Assembly (NCBI RefSeq): GCF_001194135.2
Contig: NC_068984.1
Location: 65,480,713-65,544,712 of the forward strand
Direction: 5' to 3'
Origin: Octopus bimaculoides
Lineage: Eukaryota
Length of the DNA: 64,000 nucleotides
Shown here: piece after piece, positions 26,452-39,910 of the stretch
Layout of the letters: each line of letters starts with the position of its first letter
Numbering within the stretch: position 1 is the stretch's first letter
Made by a program: the position numbers and the translations under genes
The notes under the pieces: generated by a model
Database searches by the model: none
What the model was told of the DNA's origin: nothing
The model's input: only the letters and a program-made list of their open reading frames with translations

Positions 26452-26668
26452 AAGCATCAAGCTGGCAGAATCATTAGCACACAGAACAAGATGAGAAGTA
26501 GCATTCCTTCTGGTTTTAGGTTCTGAGTTCAAATGCCATGAGGTTCAACGTTGCCTTTCATCCTTTCAGGGGTTGATAAAATAAGTTCTAGTCAAGCATT
26601 GGGGTTGAAGTAAACAACTTGCTCCTCCCCTCAAAATTGCTGGCCATGTGGCAAAACTAGAAAGAATT
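26452..26668 (+). mobile_element. tRNA-derived SINE, family C
   Basis: gctggcagaatcattagcac..ttctgagttcaaatgcc..gttgcctttcatcctttcaggggttgataaaataag. Confidence 0.8.
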
Positions 26669-26976
26669 GTTACTGTATACATTTATTACAAAACAGGAAA
26701 TCTCATTACATCTGATTTTTTATATTTTCATTAAAATTTTGATAATTTTGTGTCATCAACATTATCATTGTTAATTTTCTACAACTGGATGTCCTTCTTG
26801 TCACCAACAACCACCTGTTTCCAAGTAAAATTTTCTCCATGGTCAGATATGTCTGCACGGAAGACTGGAAATGAAGAACATCACTAGTATGACAGTCACA
26901 CATTTACAAATATCATGTGATAGTAGGCAAAGGGACAAACACACTCACTAACACACACCAAGGCACATACATATAT

Positions 26977-27130
26977 GACAGGCTTCTTTCGGCTTCTGTC
27001 AACCAAATCCACTTGCAAGGCTTTCATCATCCTGAGGTTATAATAGAAGGCACTTAACCAAGGTGCCATGCAGTTGGACAGAATCCAAAAATCATGTGGT
27101 TGGGAAGCAAGCTTCTCAGCTTCACAGCCA
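26977..27130 (-). mobile_element. SINE family A, 5' half
   Basis: Reverse complement of the family A head and core. Confidence 0.75.
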
Positions 27131-27287
27131 TGTCTGGACTTTGTTCTATGTAAAGCCTTGGAAGAAGTATTATTAGTATTATTTTATATTTCCAACCGAA
27201 ATTTCAGTTCTGGATCACATACTAAAAGTATGATGCAATCATGTAAAATGACATATTAGTAATAATAAAAAAAAAGCAACATGTTCC

Positions 27288-27913
27288 CAGGGCCGTTGCT
27301 AAATCCCTGCAATTCCTGCAGTCACAGATCAAAGTACATAGAACAGTCATCTATTTATCTTTATAAGATGTTGAACAAAAATTAAACTATGTTAACTGAA
27401 AATTTCATGAAATAAAATGGTAATACATTGTACCTGTAAAAGTTCTTGTAAAAATATTACATTGTACCACAAATGTGTACCAGACTTTGTAGATTGTCTA
27501 TGATATCTATGAAACAACAACTTAGCCCTCAGCTTGATTATTCTGAATTGCTCAATGATTTCGTGAAACGAAAAGTGCGTCATGTTTGTCTTTGTAAGTT
27601 ACCTGGATTATGACAATGCTCTTTTATTCATATCCGGAAGTTTTACTTATTGAAATTTGGAATAGACCTAAATAAATTTGACTTGTACTTTTAAAGATGT
27701 TCTTTAGGAAAACATGAAATATTGAACTTCAGATAGAATAAAGTAAAATAAAACTATGAATAAAAGATACGTCGGTTATGAATTTTGATTGAAGGGCAAA
27801 AACAAAATTTAATTGAATTTTGATTGAAGGGCAAAAACAAAATTTAATTGAATTTTGATTGAAGGCAAAACAAAAGGTTGCAGGGGGTCTCTAAAAGTCA
27901 CACAATGGAGCTG
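27288..27913 (+). mobile_element. internally deleted hAT DNA transposon with 8-bp TSD
   Basis: Perfect 8-bp TSD CATGTTCC at 27280-27287 and 27914-27921. Imperfect TIRs CAGGGCCGTTG / CAATGGAGCTG. Remnant QLDYSELLNDFVKRKVRHVCL* resembles a hAT transposase C-terminus. Confidence 0.85.
27780..27875. repeat. 35-bp tandem repeat x~2.7 (subterminal in the hAT element)
   Basis: gaattttgattgaagggcaaaaacaaaatttaatt, two exact copies plus a partial third. Confidence 0.95.
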
Positions 27914-29089
27914 CATGTTCCCTGTCTTAGTCTCTAGAGGACTAACTTTAGTTTCACATTATAAATCAGGCAACAGATATATTTAACTATCTATACTATA
28001 CCAGATTATCTGGTTCTTACTAGTTAGGCTAACTGCAACAAAGTTGTTTGATGTGTTATACAGCAGAATGACAGAATTGTATTAAACATTTTAAGTTAAA
28101 CTTGAGAAGAGCTTTAAACAATAAATTCTATGTATAAATTTTATCTTTATAGATATTACAAAGCATATTAAATAAACAGAAACATTGTGGACGTTTATCA
28201 GTTTAAAACCATGGGTACACTTCTCTGAAAATGTTCAGTTACTTTTTAAAGTCTACAACAAAAAAAAAAGTAAAGGCATTTGAAAGATATCTTAAAATAT
28301 AGGGAACAAAACATTTTGTCAGGGATAATATTGTATTCAGAACAAATCAATGCTGCATCAAATAGGATGAAGTTCTCAGTTTTATCTTTGATTTGTTGAA
28401 AAAATATCAAAGTTAGAGCTGTTGATTTGAAATCTCATTTTGGGACACTAGACCATAAAGATAGCATATCAAAAACAAGTGATTTATTGACAATACTGTG
28501 TTGAATATTGATTTGAAGAGTATTTTCTATTGCAATTTATGGCATTTGTCTAGATTATGATCCAATTCTGACTTCTGATTATACTCATTTTCTGTCACTC
28601 AATTCCTAATTCCCACATAAGACATAAATATTCTGACTTAGCCCATGATTTTGAAATAATCTCTTAGGTGTAAACAAATATTGATCCTATAGCAATTTGC
28701 AGTTGAAATTGTCAAGTATTGCCTGGATAAGAAATACCAACCAGTCCAACACTCAGACCATATTTGCTAAATAACAGCTTCTCGGGTAGATTCAGAATTT
28801 TTCAATTATAGAAGAAAAAGTCAGAATGCATACATGCATTTCCAACCACATTAATAAAAAACCGAATAAAGAATTTTACTCAGGCCTCAAGACAGGTAAC
28901 TCACTAACAAGAGGACTGAAAGTAGTGTTGCATATAAATCTAGCCTATTCCAGCTTTTTCTCTCACCTTAATAACAAACATCTATTCTTCTTCTTGTTGA
29001 GGTGAAACACTAACTTCAGGAAACCAACCAGTTGTCTGATCACCTCGCAATCTAGTGGACAGACAAACTAGGTTGTATGTTCCTTGCCT

Positions 29090-30350
29090 GGGAAGGACTT
29101 TGTGAATGCAAATCCTTCCTGGGGGAAGAATGTAGAACCTAACATATGTTAACGGGTAGTGACTTCAGACTTACAGCTACTGGCTCTGAGACACAAATCA
29201 TCTTGGAAAAGGAAGTTAAAACATCCACTGAACAGTCAGATACTTAGAGACATATAACAGAGAGATCAATTGAACGATCTCACAGGACAACCTACTGAGA
29301 GATAGAAGCCAGCTCTACAGCTAGTGAAAAGTTTCGGCCAGAACAAGTGTGATGTAGTGGTAGAACAGTAAGGTAGAAAGAGCCATAAAAACCAAAAGGC
29401 AAGATTACAAGGATTGGAAGAATAGCAGCAGCAGACAATTACACTAGGTGGTTACAAGAATAGCTAGGCAATAAATATATTTAGAAAGGGGAGGAATAAA
29501 ATGGAAGAAATCTCTCAATGGTCTATGACATAAGGATTAGTGGCATGAGGTATTCCGGATTGCAAGGTAGTGTATCAGAGAAAATTATGATGTTGTGGGA
29601 GAAAAGTGTGTATGTATGGATAATGGTACTCTTGCTTGCAATGATTCTGAAAAGGGAGAGGCATGGCAGTGCAATTTTGAAAGGCTACTCAATGTGGAGA
29701 ATGAATGGCAGAAAGAAAATTTTCCCATGAACCCAACAGCAGAATCAGACATTCTAGTTGATAGCAGTGTAATAGACAAAGCAATTAAGAATAGGAAGAC
29801 TAGGAAAGCCTCTACTCTATCAGGGATTATCTAATGCCTGGTGTAGCAGTACCATAGGTAACTGTTACAAGAGTAAAAGAGATGCATAAGAGAGAAGTAA
29901 TTACAGAAGCATCAAATTACTGGACCAAGATTTGTGCTAGGGAGAAGCACTACTAATGCTCTCTTTTTAGTGAGGCAACTGCAGAAGTATTTAGACAAAA
30001 GTAAAATGCTGTACTTAGGATTCATTAATCTGATGTAATCTTTTAACAAAGGTCTCTTGGTTTCTGGTCTCTGTGGAAGATAGGAGCAGATAAATGGTTG
30101 GTGAGAGCCATTCAAGTCCTGTACAGGAGTGCTGTCAGTAAGGTGAGAATTAGCAATGAGTACAGAAATAAATTTAGTGTGCTGGTAGGAGTTTGTCAGG
30201 GCTTGGTTATCAGTCCTCTGCTATTTACCATAGTACACAAGGAGTTTAAAACTGGTTACTCATAAAAAACTTGCCATTGCTGATGATATTTTTCTTATAG
30301 CTGAAATTGTAGTAGAATTAGACAAGGAATTCCAAGAAAACTGATATGAT
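29090..30350 (+). mobile_element. decayed RTE LINE (EN end, linker and reverse transcriptase)
   Basis: EKCVCMDNGTLACNDSEKGEAWQCNFERLLNVENEW (ORF 29595..29834), LVRQLQKYLDKSKMLYLGFINL, GVCQGLVISPLLF (~30188-30226) and ADD (30279-30287). Many stops and indels. Confidence 0.85.
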
Positions 30351-30469
30351 ACTAATCTGTTCAAGTAAATGGCTCTGTTGGATTCATTTGTAAAGTCTGA
30401 TGACAGATTTGGTTGCTATTTTTAGTAGGCCACATTATAAATATTATACTAGTTAATCTATACTTTTAT

Positions 30470-30775
30470 CTCTCACTTGTTCCGGACATTGGATTGTGGC
30501 CATGCTAGAGCACCACCTTGAGTACTTATTTTTTTAAACCTGGTACTTATTCTATGGGTCTCTTTTGTGGAACCACTAAGTTACGAGGAATTAAACAAAC
30601 AAACACAGGTTGTCAAGCAGTGGTGGAGGCAAACACAGAGTGACCCCCCCCCTCACAAACACACACGCGTGCACATATACAAACACTTACCCAATGTACC
30701 TCACATTGGGATTGAGTCCAAATTCACATGGTTAGGAGACAAACTTCTTAACTACACAACCACACTTTGATAACT
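30470..30775 (-). mobile_element. SINE family A (truncated/decayed)
   Basis: ggccatgctagagcaccacc..ggtacttattctat.ggtctctttt..gaaccactaagttac..gttgtcaagc. Confidence 0.75.
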
Positions 30776-33127
30776 ATATAAACACTTTGTTTCTCCAGAA
30801 TCTACTAGACATATAACACCTCCATTAAAAAAGTATTTTTCCTGAAGCATTTAGAAAAAGAAATTAATTGATCAGTAACTGCTATGTGATATTTTTCCTT
30901 TCTGTTTATTCTTTTATATTTTTTTATAGAATAGTACAACAAAATATTTATTCTTCTACATTGCTAAAATTGACTGAAATCATGTGTAATTGATTCAGAA
31001 TGCATACATTTTCTCAAAAGGTTAAATTCTTAGATTGTCTTTAAGAGTTTTAAATGATGAATAATGATATTATAGGTCATGGTATCATCAAAAGCAAATA
31101 TATATTGTACATTTGCATTTTCTTGAATTGTTTAAGTGATTAAGGATGTTTATTATTCTTTAGAATATCACTTTGAGAATGGTAGAGTTTTTATGGGCTT
31201 CGTGATTTTCTTACATTTCTCCCTTGGGAGTGAGATTATTTTCGGAATTTTCATATTAGTGTGAATTCCATTTAAAGCTGTTTCTACTCGCATTTTGCCT
31301 GCAAATCTGGAGTTATTTTATTATTTTACTGCTTTCTGTATAATCTCCTTGTGTACTATTTTGTATATTTGAGTTAGAGTTTCTTCATGGAACAATATCA
31401 GGAACACTAATGTTATCCTACATTAATGCAAATCCACAAATTTTCTAAGAAAGAGATATAATCAGTTGCTTCTATGCTACTATATAACTACCTATTATTT
31501 GATTGACCACAAAGTTATAAAAGATAAAGTCACACTTAAATGTTAAAGACGAATGACATAATGAAAGGATTTTTAGTGAGGTAACTTGTTTCTGTTACTA
31601 TTGCTACCATCGTGATATTAATAAAAGTATCAATAAATAAATCAAAAATCATCACAATTCATCATTTTACTATTTATAAATTATTCAAGCAACAATTTAT
31701 ATTTTACAAATATTATCAAGTGTATCAAATTATTAGTTTATTAACAGATTAGCAATAATTCTCCATAGATCTCTCAATCTTGCAAGTTTCTTTTCTATTT
31801 TATCTTAATTTGACTGATCTTGCCATCGGGAGCCTCTTAATATATAACAAAAATGATAAAATTATGCAATATTGAAAATGCTTAACTGGCTTAATTTGAA
31901 ATTTCTCATATTAACAAGGCTAAATGAAGAACTGCTTAACATAAAATTTAATTGCTTGATTCAATTGGAAACCATCCATATAGCAATTTTTATGTATATA
32001 TTTCTCTCAATTTTACTAATGATATACTCTACTTATATCTTCATAAAAATGATATCTAAATAATCGCAAGAGGTGATATATGAAATTAGATGCTACATTA
32101 AGTTCAAGGTAAATATATAGTTCTCATATTCCCTTACATTCACAAACTAAATGTATCTTTATAAATCAAAGTCGTAGACAACTGTCTCAAAAAAGACAAA
32201 AACTAGATTTCCATTCTCCATAATAAGGAATATGATTGATATATTCTGTCCCTGTCACTTCATTTCCACATTAAATTTTAGCATGATTTATGCCTATGCT
32301 AATGAATCACAACAAGTAAATAAAATGTCATCCTACCTTCAATTTTTTTGCTTTATATTCAAAAATATCTAACCTGCTTAAATCAATCTATCAGAAATTA
32401 AATATACATACAAATGGTAGGTAAATCATTTTCAGCTAAGACCAAATCCTGACAAAATTCTATTACAACAAATGATTGAACTGGTTCTGAGACTGGTGCC
32501 ATAAGATATATTTAATATATAGTAGCAAAAATATCTTGGCAGTGATTTTGACAGAATCTAAGAAATACAAGAAACAAACAAAATATGTACTTAAGCCTCT
32601 TTTACTGTTGAAAAAGGAAAAATGCATAACAAACTTGAGTTTTGTCTATAGTGCATAGTTAGAATAAACATTTTGCAGTCTTTCTTTGTTAAGAAAACTT
32701 AACAAAGAGTCAATAGCTGAATATCCAGCCTCAAACAAAAATAATTCCGTGTCTAAACTATTAATATTAAGTAACAGAATAGAGAGAAAAAATTTGTTCT
32801 GGTATTTAACCAAAAGATAGTACTCACACATTTTATTATGATAATACAATCTCTCATAATGAAAATGAATGAAAATGTAATTAGTCTAAATATTTTATGA
32901 GCATATCACTACTTTAGCAACATTACAGCATTCCAAAACTTAGAAATGAATGGAGCAGAAGTAAAAACTGATAAACTATTAATTTATTTCATACACTAAT
33001 GAAATAACATCAAAAGTCAGTATTTTCTGCTTGACTGTTCCTGACCAACAGTATCTATTAATATGTGATTATCCCTAGTGACATCAGGGATATAGAAATT
33101 TAAGTAATGATATTTGCCATTTACAAG

Positions 33128-33199
33128 GACGTTAGCAATGCTACCAAAGAAAAATATCTGCAACCAGGAATCAAAGCAAGATTGTGGACTGAAACCAAT
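33128..33199 (+). CDS. candidate exon (72 nt), DVSNATKEKYLQPGIKARLWTETN in phase 0-0
   Basis: Acceptor gccatttacaAG, donor AAT|GTGAGA. A second + frame and minus-strand readings are also open, so the call is ambiguous. Confidence 0.35.
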
Positions 33200-34302
33200 G
33201 TGAGATTAATTTTCTTGTAAAGAATCTGCAAAGAAAGAATGGCACTTAAAATCCCTAATACAATGATGCCTGCTCACATTAATTTATCTGCTGAAAATTA
33301 AATAGGAGTAAAACAAACTTTCATTATACTATCAACTAGAATAATATGTTTGCTTGTAGATTAAAAATATTATTTATTTCTTTATTGCCCAAGATTACAA
33401 ATATTATTGAAATCCTAATAATTATCTGCAGTACAGATCAGTCCAATCATTTGAAAAGAGCAAGATTTAACTTCATAATTTATGTCACAAACATCAAATT
33501 ACAAATGACAATAGGATTTACAACGAGAAATTGTATGGAGTAAAGGATAACATGTTAGGTAGATCTTAAAACTCTGTATCTTAAGCTACTTATCAATTTT
33601 GCCAAGAAGTAAGGACAAAGGAAACAAAAGGATGTTTTCATTGCATTATAAAGATAACATTGAAAATGACTAAGCTAAAACAAATGAAATGACTAAGACT
33701 TCTTACAAGAGAGAACAAATAGTTGGACCTTAGGTATAATGTAAGCTTTTATGGTTCAAATGTTTAACACATATATACATGTGTTACAATGAGTATATCT
33801 ATGCATGCATGCCTGAGTGCACATGCAAAAACACACACAGGTACTAATTATATTGCCATTATTTTTACTTCTACTTTCTTTTCTTTATACCATTTTTTAG
33901 GATAGAGAACCACAGAACAAAATAAGCAAAACAAAGAATGAGGATATGAGGAAATTTTAACTCATTAGTTTATCAGATACAAAAGGAAAAAAAAATCAAG
34001 AAGTAAAATTATACCTGAATGTTGGAAAGAATTTTATATTGCAATTATAAAAAAACGTCTAATTTTTTTTTTAATGTATTAAATTTCGAAAGTATAATAA
34101 TATCAAGGATTTTTATTAAAATTTTAATAGTAATCCCTAGCGTGTAAAATAAAATTTTCCAAATTTAAATTAAAAAACAAAGTTGGGGACAGAAAAAGAG
34201 ATGGAGACATTATTTGATTCTATGAAGTGTTATTTGCTAATAAAAAAAGGAAAGAAAATGAACTATTTTATTAAATAATACTTGTTTTTTGTTTTTATTC
34301 AG

Positions 34303-34345
34303 GTGTCAATTTTGTTTAATGTTTATTTTTATTTTCTAAATGCTG
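34303..34345 (+). CDS. candidate exon (43 nt, phase 0-1), VSILFNVYFYFLNA
   Basis: Strong acceptor cttgttttttgtttttattcAG and donor CTG|GTAAGA. Could be non-coding. Confidence 0.4.
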
Positions 34346-34770
34346 GTAAGACCCTGTTTGGTTTATGTCCTAGAGAGCTTAAAATAAATTTTTGAAATAA
34401 TAATTTAGTTGAAATTTCAAAATTACTCGAAAGAAGAGAAATTAGAGAAAGTTAAAAAATGTAAACAGAATCACTTTACATATAGTTAATTATTTAGCAA
34501 AATTTTAGATATCATCTTATGGCTCGTCAGAAACTGTCAAACTAATGAATGTTAAATGGTGATGATGATGATAATGATGATGACCAGTGCACTTCAGAAA
34601 TATCAACAGAAAACACCTCTTCCAACATATGTATATATATCTTATATAATATACACACACACACATGTATGCATGCATGAATGAATGAACATACGTATGT
34701 ATGTATGCATGCATGCATGTATGTGTGAATGTATATATGTCTGTATGAATGTATGAATGCATGTATGCAT

Positions 34771-34925
34771 GGCTGTGTGGCAAGAATCTTGCTTCCCAAC
34801 CACATGGTTCAGGGTTCAGTTCCACTGCCTGCATGGCACCTTGGGCAAGTGTCTTCTACTATAACTGACAGCTGACCAAAGCCTCTTGAGTGGATTTGGT
34901 AGATGGAAACTGAAAGAGGCCCATC

Positions 34926-34963
<38 letters not shown>

Positions 34964-35180
34964 GTGTATGTGTATCTTTGTGTCTGTGTTTGTCCTCTCA
35001 CCACCACTTGAAACCAGTGCTGATATGTTTACTTCCTGTAACTTAGCAGTTTGGTAAATGAGACAAATAGAACAAACACCAGGTTTAACAAAATTAAGTA
35101 CTGGGGTTGATGCATTCAACTAAAAATTCTTTAAGGCAATGCCCCAGCATGGCCACGGTCTAATGACTGAAACAAGTAAA
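34771..35180 (+). mobile_element. SINE family A, near full length, with internal (AT)n
   Basis: Head ggctgtgtggcaagaatcttgcttcccaaccacatggttc, core ccttgggcaagtgtcttctactata, internal (AT)n, tail ccagcatggccacggtctaatgactgaaac. Confidence 0.9.
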
Positions 35181-35348
35181 TGATAAATGATGCCTGTATG
35201 AATGTATGTATGTATGTATGCTTGTATGTGTGCATGTATATGATAACTACAATCAGAATTGCTATAATCCTCATCATAGTATGATGATATTTCTTCAACC
35301 AAACTATTAACTTAAAAGAATTGTTCTGTTTGAAATATTTCTTTTTAG

Positions 35349-35369
35349 GTACAATGGAGCATGGAACTA
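35349..35369 (+). CDS. candidate 21-nt microexon (phase 1-1), GTMEHGT
   Basis: Acceptor atttctttttAG, donor CTA|GTAAGT. In phase with 34303-34345. Confidence 0.4.
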
Positions 35370-38300
35370 GTAAGTAATCTACTATCTCTTTCCATTCATA
35401 GACAAGCTATTGTGATCATAGAAATCAATCATATTAAAGAAGAGGAGCATGCAAGTAAAGCTGTAGGATTAGGAAGCCAAGGCACATAAGAAGCGAAGAG
35501 TCAGATGAGCAAAGGATGCTATCATGGAGTATACTGTGTTGTGACAATGGAGCCAGTGAAGTTTCAGTCTGTCTTAGAGCAGTGTACACAGGATTCCATC
35601 CTCATGAAATATTCAATGGTGGTGGTGGTGGTGGTGGTGCTGCTGCTGCTGCTGCAGGAGTGACATTACTGATTGTCAATGGGTTGGAAGTTATACATCT
35701 TTGGAGCATGTTCAGACAGCATGCAAGTCACATTTTGCAGAAAATGTTTGGTGACATAGCCAAGTTTTGAGTCTTAACAAGAACCTCTACCAATTCGCAC
35801 ATTTTTTCCATAAGGATGTTGGGGCATAGCACAGAAGGATTAACAAACAAAGGTTGATAACTAGGCATATACCTGGTTCTAATGCCAAAAATGAACAGCT
35901 GGATTTGAAGAAACCACTCCTGTTCCCAAGCTATATTGCAATATAACAAAGTAATCCCTTAACTTTGTGGCATAACCCGATTTGACAAAATATGACCTGA
36001 TTAATGAACTAACAATACCTTGGAGAGATATTATGAAATGGGTATATGAAAGGAAGTGTGTAAAAACTGAAGAATCTAGGAGATTGTGTGAGAAACAAGG
36101 ATGACAATACATTTGTACTTGTTGCTTTTCTTGACTTCAACAACAGCCACAGCAGATCTAATTACAAATCCATAGCATCCCGCCATTTGTCGTTTTTGAT
36201 GGGTGTGCAGCACACACCTAGCACAACCAGAATATATGCCCCTAATACATACACACATACATACACATGTACACAAATACACATATATGGTATATATGAA
36301 AAAAAACAAAAAACAACTTTCTAACAGTTTAGGTGTGAACCACATATATGATATTGGCAACCACAATTAATAGTAGAACATGATAATACACTGATGGAAA
36401 CCTTTAAAAGAATAACCCTTAAAAGAAGATAAGTAACAAGTTAAAAATGTAGCACCAAGTATATCATTAATTTGGCACATTCTTTCACAAAGTTATTAAT
36501 GTCATTATAGCTATTATTGTCACAATTGTTGTATCCTTTTAGCATGCTGGAATGGGTTATGATGAGTTTATATACCTTCCCTAATCTCCATTTACCATTA
36601 TTTGGGAATGATTAACAAAGAGTATGAATTTAAAATATCCTATAACTGTTAATGAGTTATTGGTGAGAAACAAGAAAAGCTTTGTGTATTGAAGATAAAT
36701 AAATCTGTTCTGTTTAAGCTCTTCTTGATTTCTAGGTTACCAACTAATGCTAGAAATTAAGTGAAGCAAAATTCCTCAACTGGGAATTAAAACTATTAAA
36801 ACAGAGCTTCAATGGAGTTTGCCCACCATTCTATGACACACTCACTTTCCCTGAATACACACAAATAAGTTACAATAAAATATGATGCTATGTAAAGAGC
36901 CATAATTATATAATGCCTTACCCAAGGATACAATGCAAGCCAAAGTTATATACATGGAAACATACTCAGACAAACATACTAATAAATACATATCAACATA
37001 TACCAAACATTCATCTCTTTTTTAGCTTAAATATCCTAAACTTGCTCACTTTTTTTCTGTGCTATTAAAACTGGGATGATGCTTGCAAATTGATATCTGC
37101 ATATTGTGAAAGTAACTAATTTTTAGCAGGATGCCCTTTCTATTTATAACTAACCAACTGTGAATTTGGTGAGGAAATCTGCACTGTCATCTACAACTGG
37201 ATATACTAAGTAAGCAAAACAATATTGCTGGCCATTCATTGACTGTATTCATAACGCTTAAATACACATCCAGTATGCATACAATCCTCAATATTTAGTT
37301 TAGAAAGAAAGAAGCATTAATAATGGATACTTTTATCATTGATTGAAAACAACACAACCAACGTGAACAATTGTATATACTAAATGTAATGATTATGTGA
37401 ATAAATTATTTTCTGTACATATTAATTTTTTCACATATATTCATTGTGTACTTTATACTTTTTATCACTTTGAATTGTAGAATACACTTGATAATAAATT
37501 GGTTGGTTATGTTTGCCTTGATTTATAACATAAGGTGAATAGATCTCGAATGTATGTATGAGAACTCAATCAATAAACATGATTGATCTGATGAAGTGAA
37601 TATCAAATATTCACTTTTAATACAAAATCCAATTTAAGACCAACCCCTTGTATAAGTTCTAAAAAGGACATTCTACATAATAAATAATTGTGTATAAAAG
37701 CAAATATCATTAAAATAAATCATAATTCAGAAGAGACTTTATTGATTTATTAAATCATCAAAATGTGTATTGATTGAAGGATTAAGAATATCTGCATGTA
37801 CATAGAGCAGGTTACAATTCTTACAAATATTGAAGCTGACATAAAACTGACTGACACTCTTCATAATGACTTGTGTCTTGTCATCTAAATTAATATTTGG
37901 TGTAAAAATTCAACCGATTTACTAGTGAATCTCTCATCTCTATAGAAAAATTGAAGAAGCTATGATAAACACCTGAAACAACTTTTCTTTCCTAAATTTG
38001 AGTAAGAAACCTCAAACATGTCCTTTGAATTAAATATCACAAAATTATATAGGTACATGGGTTCAGATTAAAAGATGACATGAAATAAACAGATTATGTT
38101 TGTCCATATCTGCTTCAAAAGGATTATAAGCATAAATATTGAAGTTCAAATATTATAAAAAGCAAAAATATACAAGCTGGTCAAAAGTCACCAGACAGCA
38201 AATCATAATTCCGTAAATACTATATGTAATTCTGTTTGACTTGAATGGGAAAATGTGTCGCTCAAGAATGACTTCAGTTTGAACAATTTTCATTATGTTT

Positions 38301-38480
38301 GATATTTAGATGCTTTTATTACATTCATTCAGTTGTTAAACATAAATAAATCTTGGAATTAATTGGTTTTGGTTTACTGTCAGCTAACTTTTGGCCAACC
38401 TTGTATGTGATGACAAAAGTGACAAAATGATGAGAAACAGAACACATATTGAAAGAGTTGGATTAAACTACATTATTTTG

Positions 38481-38519
<39 letters not shown>

Positions 38520-38520
38520 T

Positions 38521-38902
38521 CTTTTATTTATTTCAGTCATCTGACTGTAGCCATGCTGGAGCACTGCCTTTAGTTGAAGAAACCAATCCCAGGACTTATT
38601 CTTTGTAAGCCTAGTACTTATACTATTGGTCTTTTTTGTCAAACCACTAAGCTATGGGTACATAAACATACTAACATCAGTTATCAAACGATAGTTGGAG
38701 GACAAACTCAGACACACACACACACACAGCTATATATATATATACACATATGATGGGCTTTTTAGAGCTTCCATCTACCAAATTCACTCATAAGGCTTTG
38801 GTCGGTCCAAAGCTATAGTAGAAGACACTGCCCAAGGTGCATACTGTGAGGCTGAACCCGGAACCATGTGGTTGAGAAGCAAGCTTCTTACCACACAGCC
38901 AC
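38521..38902 (-). mobile_element. SINE family A, near full length
   Basis: Reverse complement of 34771-35180, including the internal (CA)/(AT) tract. Confidence 0.9.
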
Positions 38903-39354
38903 ACCTGCACCTTATATAATTATTTCAATACAAAGATTTCATATTATATTCATTTAGAATTAGCAAGAGTCAAACATTCTATTTTTTTTAATATTATTGA
39001 TTATATTATTGAAATGGAAGATAATTTACAAATTAGTATGAAAAACCAATTAAAAATGAAAACTATAACCCGTTGTTACATTCACCTAAAGTTACATGTA
39101 AATAAAACATACTGACCACAAGTAGCAAAGGAGAGAATATTGAATTTAAAATTCAATAGCCAAACAGTTTCTGATAACTTTTTTTAACTTCCTTTGCAAG
39201 CTTTGCAGTATCGTATTGCTTGGTACAGATGTAAATAAACAAACCAAAAGAGATACGTTAGTACTCATCTTACAACAATATAATGTTACTGAATGTAATG
39301 TATACTACAGATATATTGGCCAATTTCTTGGAATATGTACAGTGTTAATAATGA

Positions 39355-39520
39355 TTCCTGGTTTAGGGACAAGGCCAGTAATGTTGAGCAAATGGAAAAA
39401 AGTTGGTAACATTGATCTGCAGTACTTGACTGCTATTTATATAATCAACCCAGGAAGGATGAAAGGAAAAGTTGACTTTGTTGGGGTTTGAACTCAGAAT
39501 GTAAAGAGACAGAACAAATA
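39355..39520 (-). mobile_element. SINE family C fragment
   Basis: ggatgaaaggaaaagttgactttg..tttgaactcagaatgtaaag. Confidence 0.65.
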
Positions 39521-39559
39521 TTACAAAAATAAAGTCAAAAATAATGCAGGCATAACTAT

Positions 39560-39910
39560 ATACTTCCCAACCACACTTCTGTGTTCAGTCCCATCGCATG
39601 ATACCTTGACCAAAGCCTTGTTAGTGAATTTGGCAGCAGAAAACAGTAAGAAACCAAATCACTGTTTGTCTATTTGTTTATTTGTATGTTTGTTTGTATG
39701 TATGCATGTGTACTTATGTTAATCCCCCCCCCCTCATGCCACTTGGTTGTCAGTGTGGTTTGTTTATACTCCTATAACTTAGTGATTAACTAAAAAAGAC
39801 TGACAAAAAAACTACTAGACTTAAAAGATAAGTACTGGGAGCGATTTGTTTGATTAAACCCTCCAAGGAGATGTTGTAGCATAGCTGCAGTCCAATGACT
39901 AAAGATAAGA
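39560..39910 (+). mobile_element. SINE family A (decayed)
   Basis: cttcccaaccac..gttcagtccc..ccaaagccttg..aaagataagtactggg..gcagtccaatgact. Confidence 0.7.

Noticed and set aside
28300-29050. Patchy protein-like frames upstream of the RTE fragment
   Set aside because: All frames are broken within ~35 codons and no family motif was recognised.
35516-35949. ORFs with poly-G/poly-A (35516..35770 +) and the overlapping minus ORFs
   Set aside because: Openness comes from a (GGT)n(GCT)n tract. No frame is long or recognisable and no consistent splice sites were found.
37588-37616. CTGATGA followed by a perfect 10-bp hairpin
   Set aside because: No GAAA follows the stem. Short AT-rich hairpins are expected by chance.
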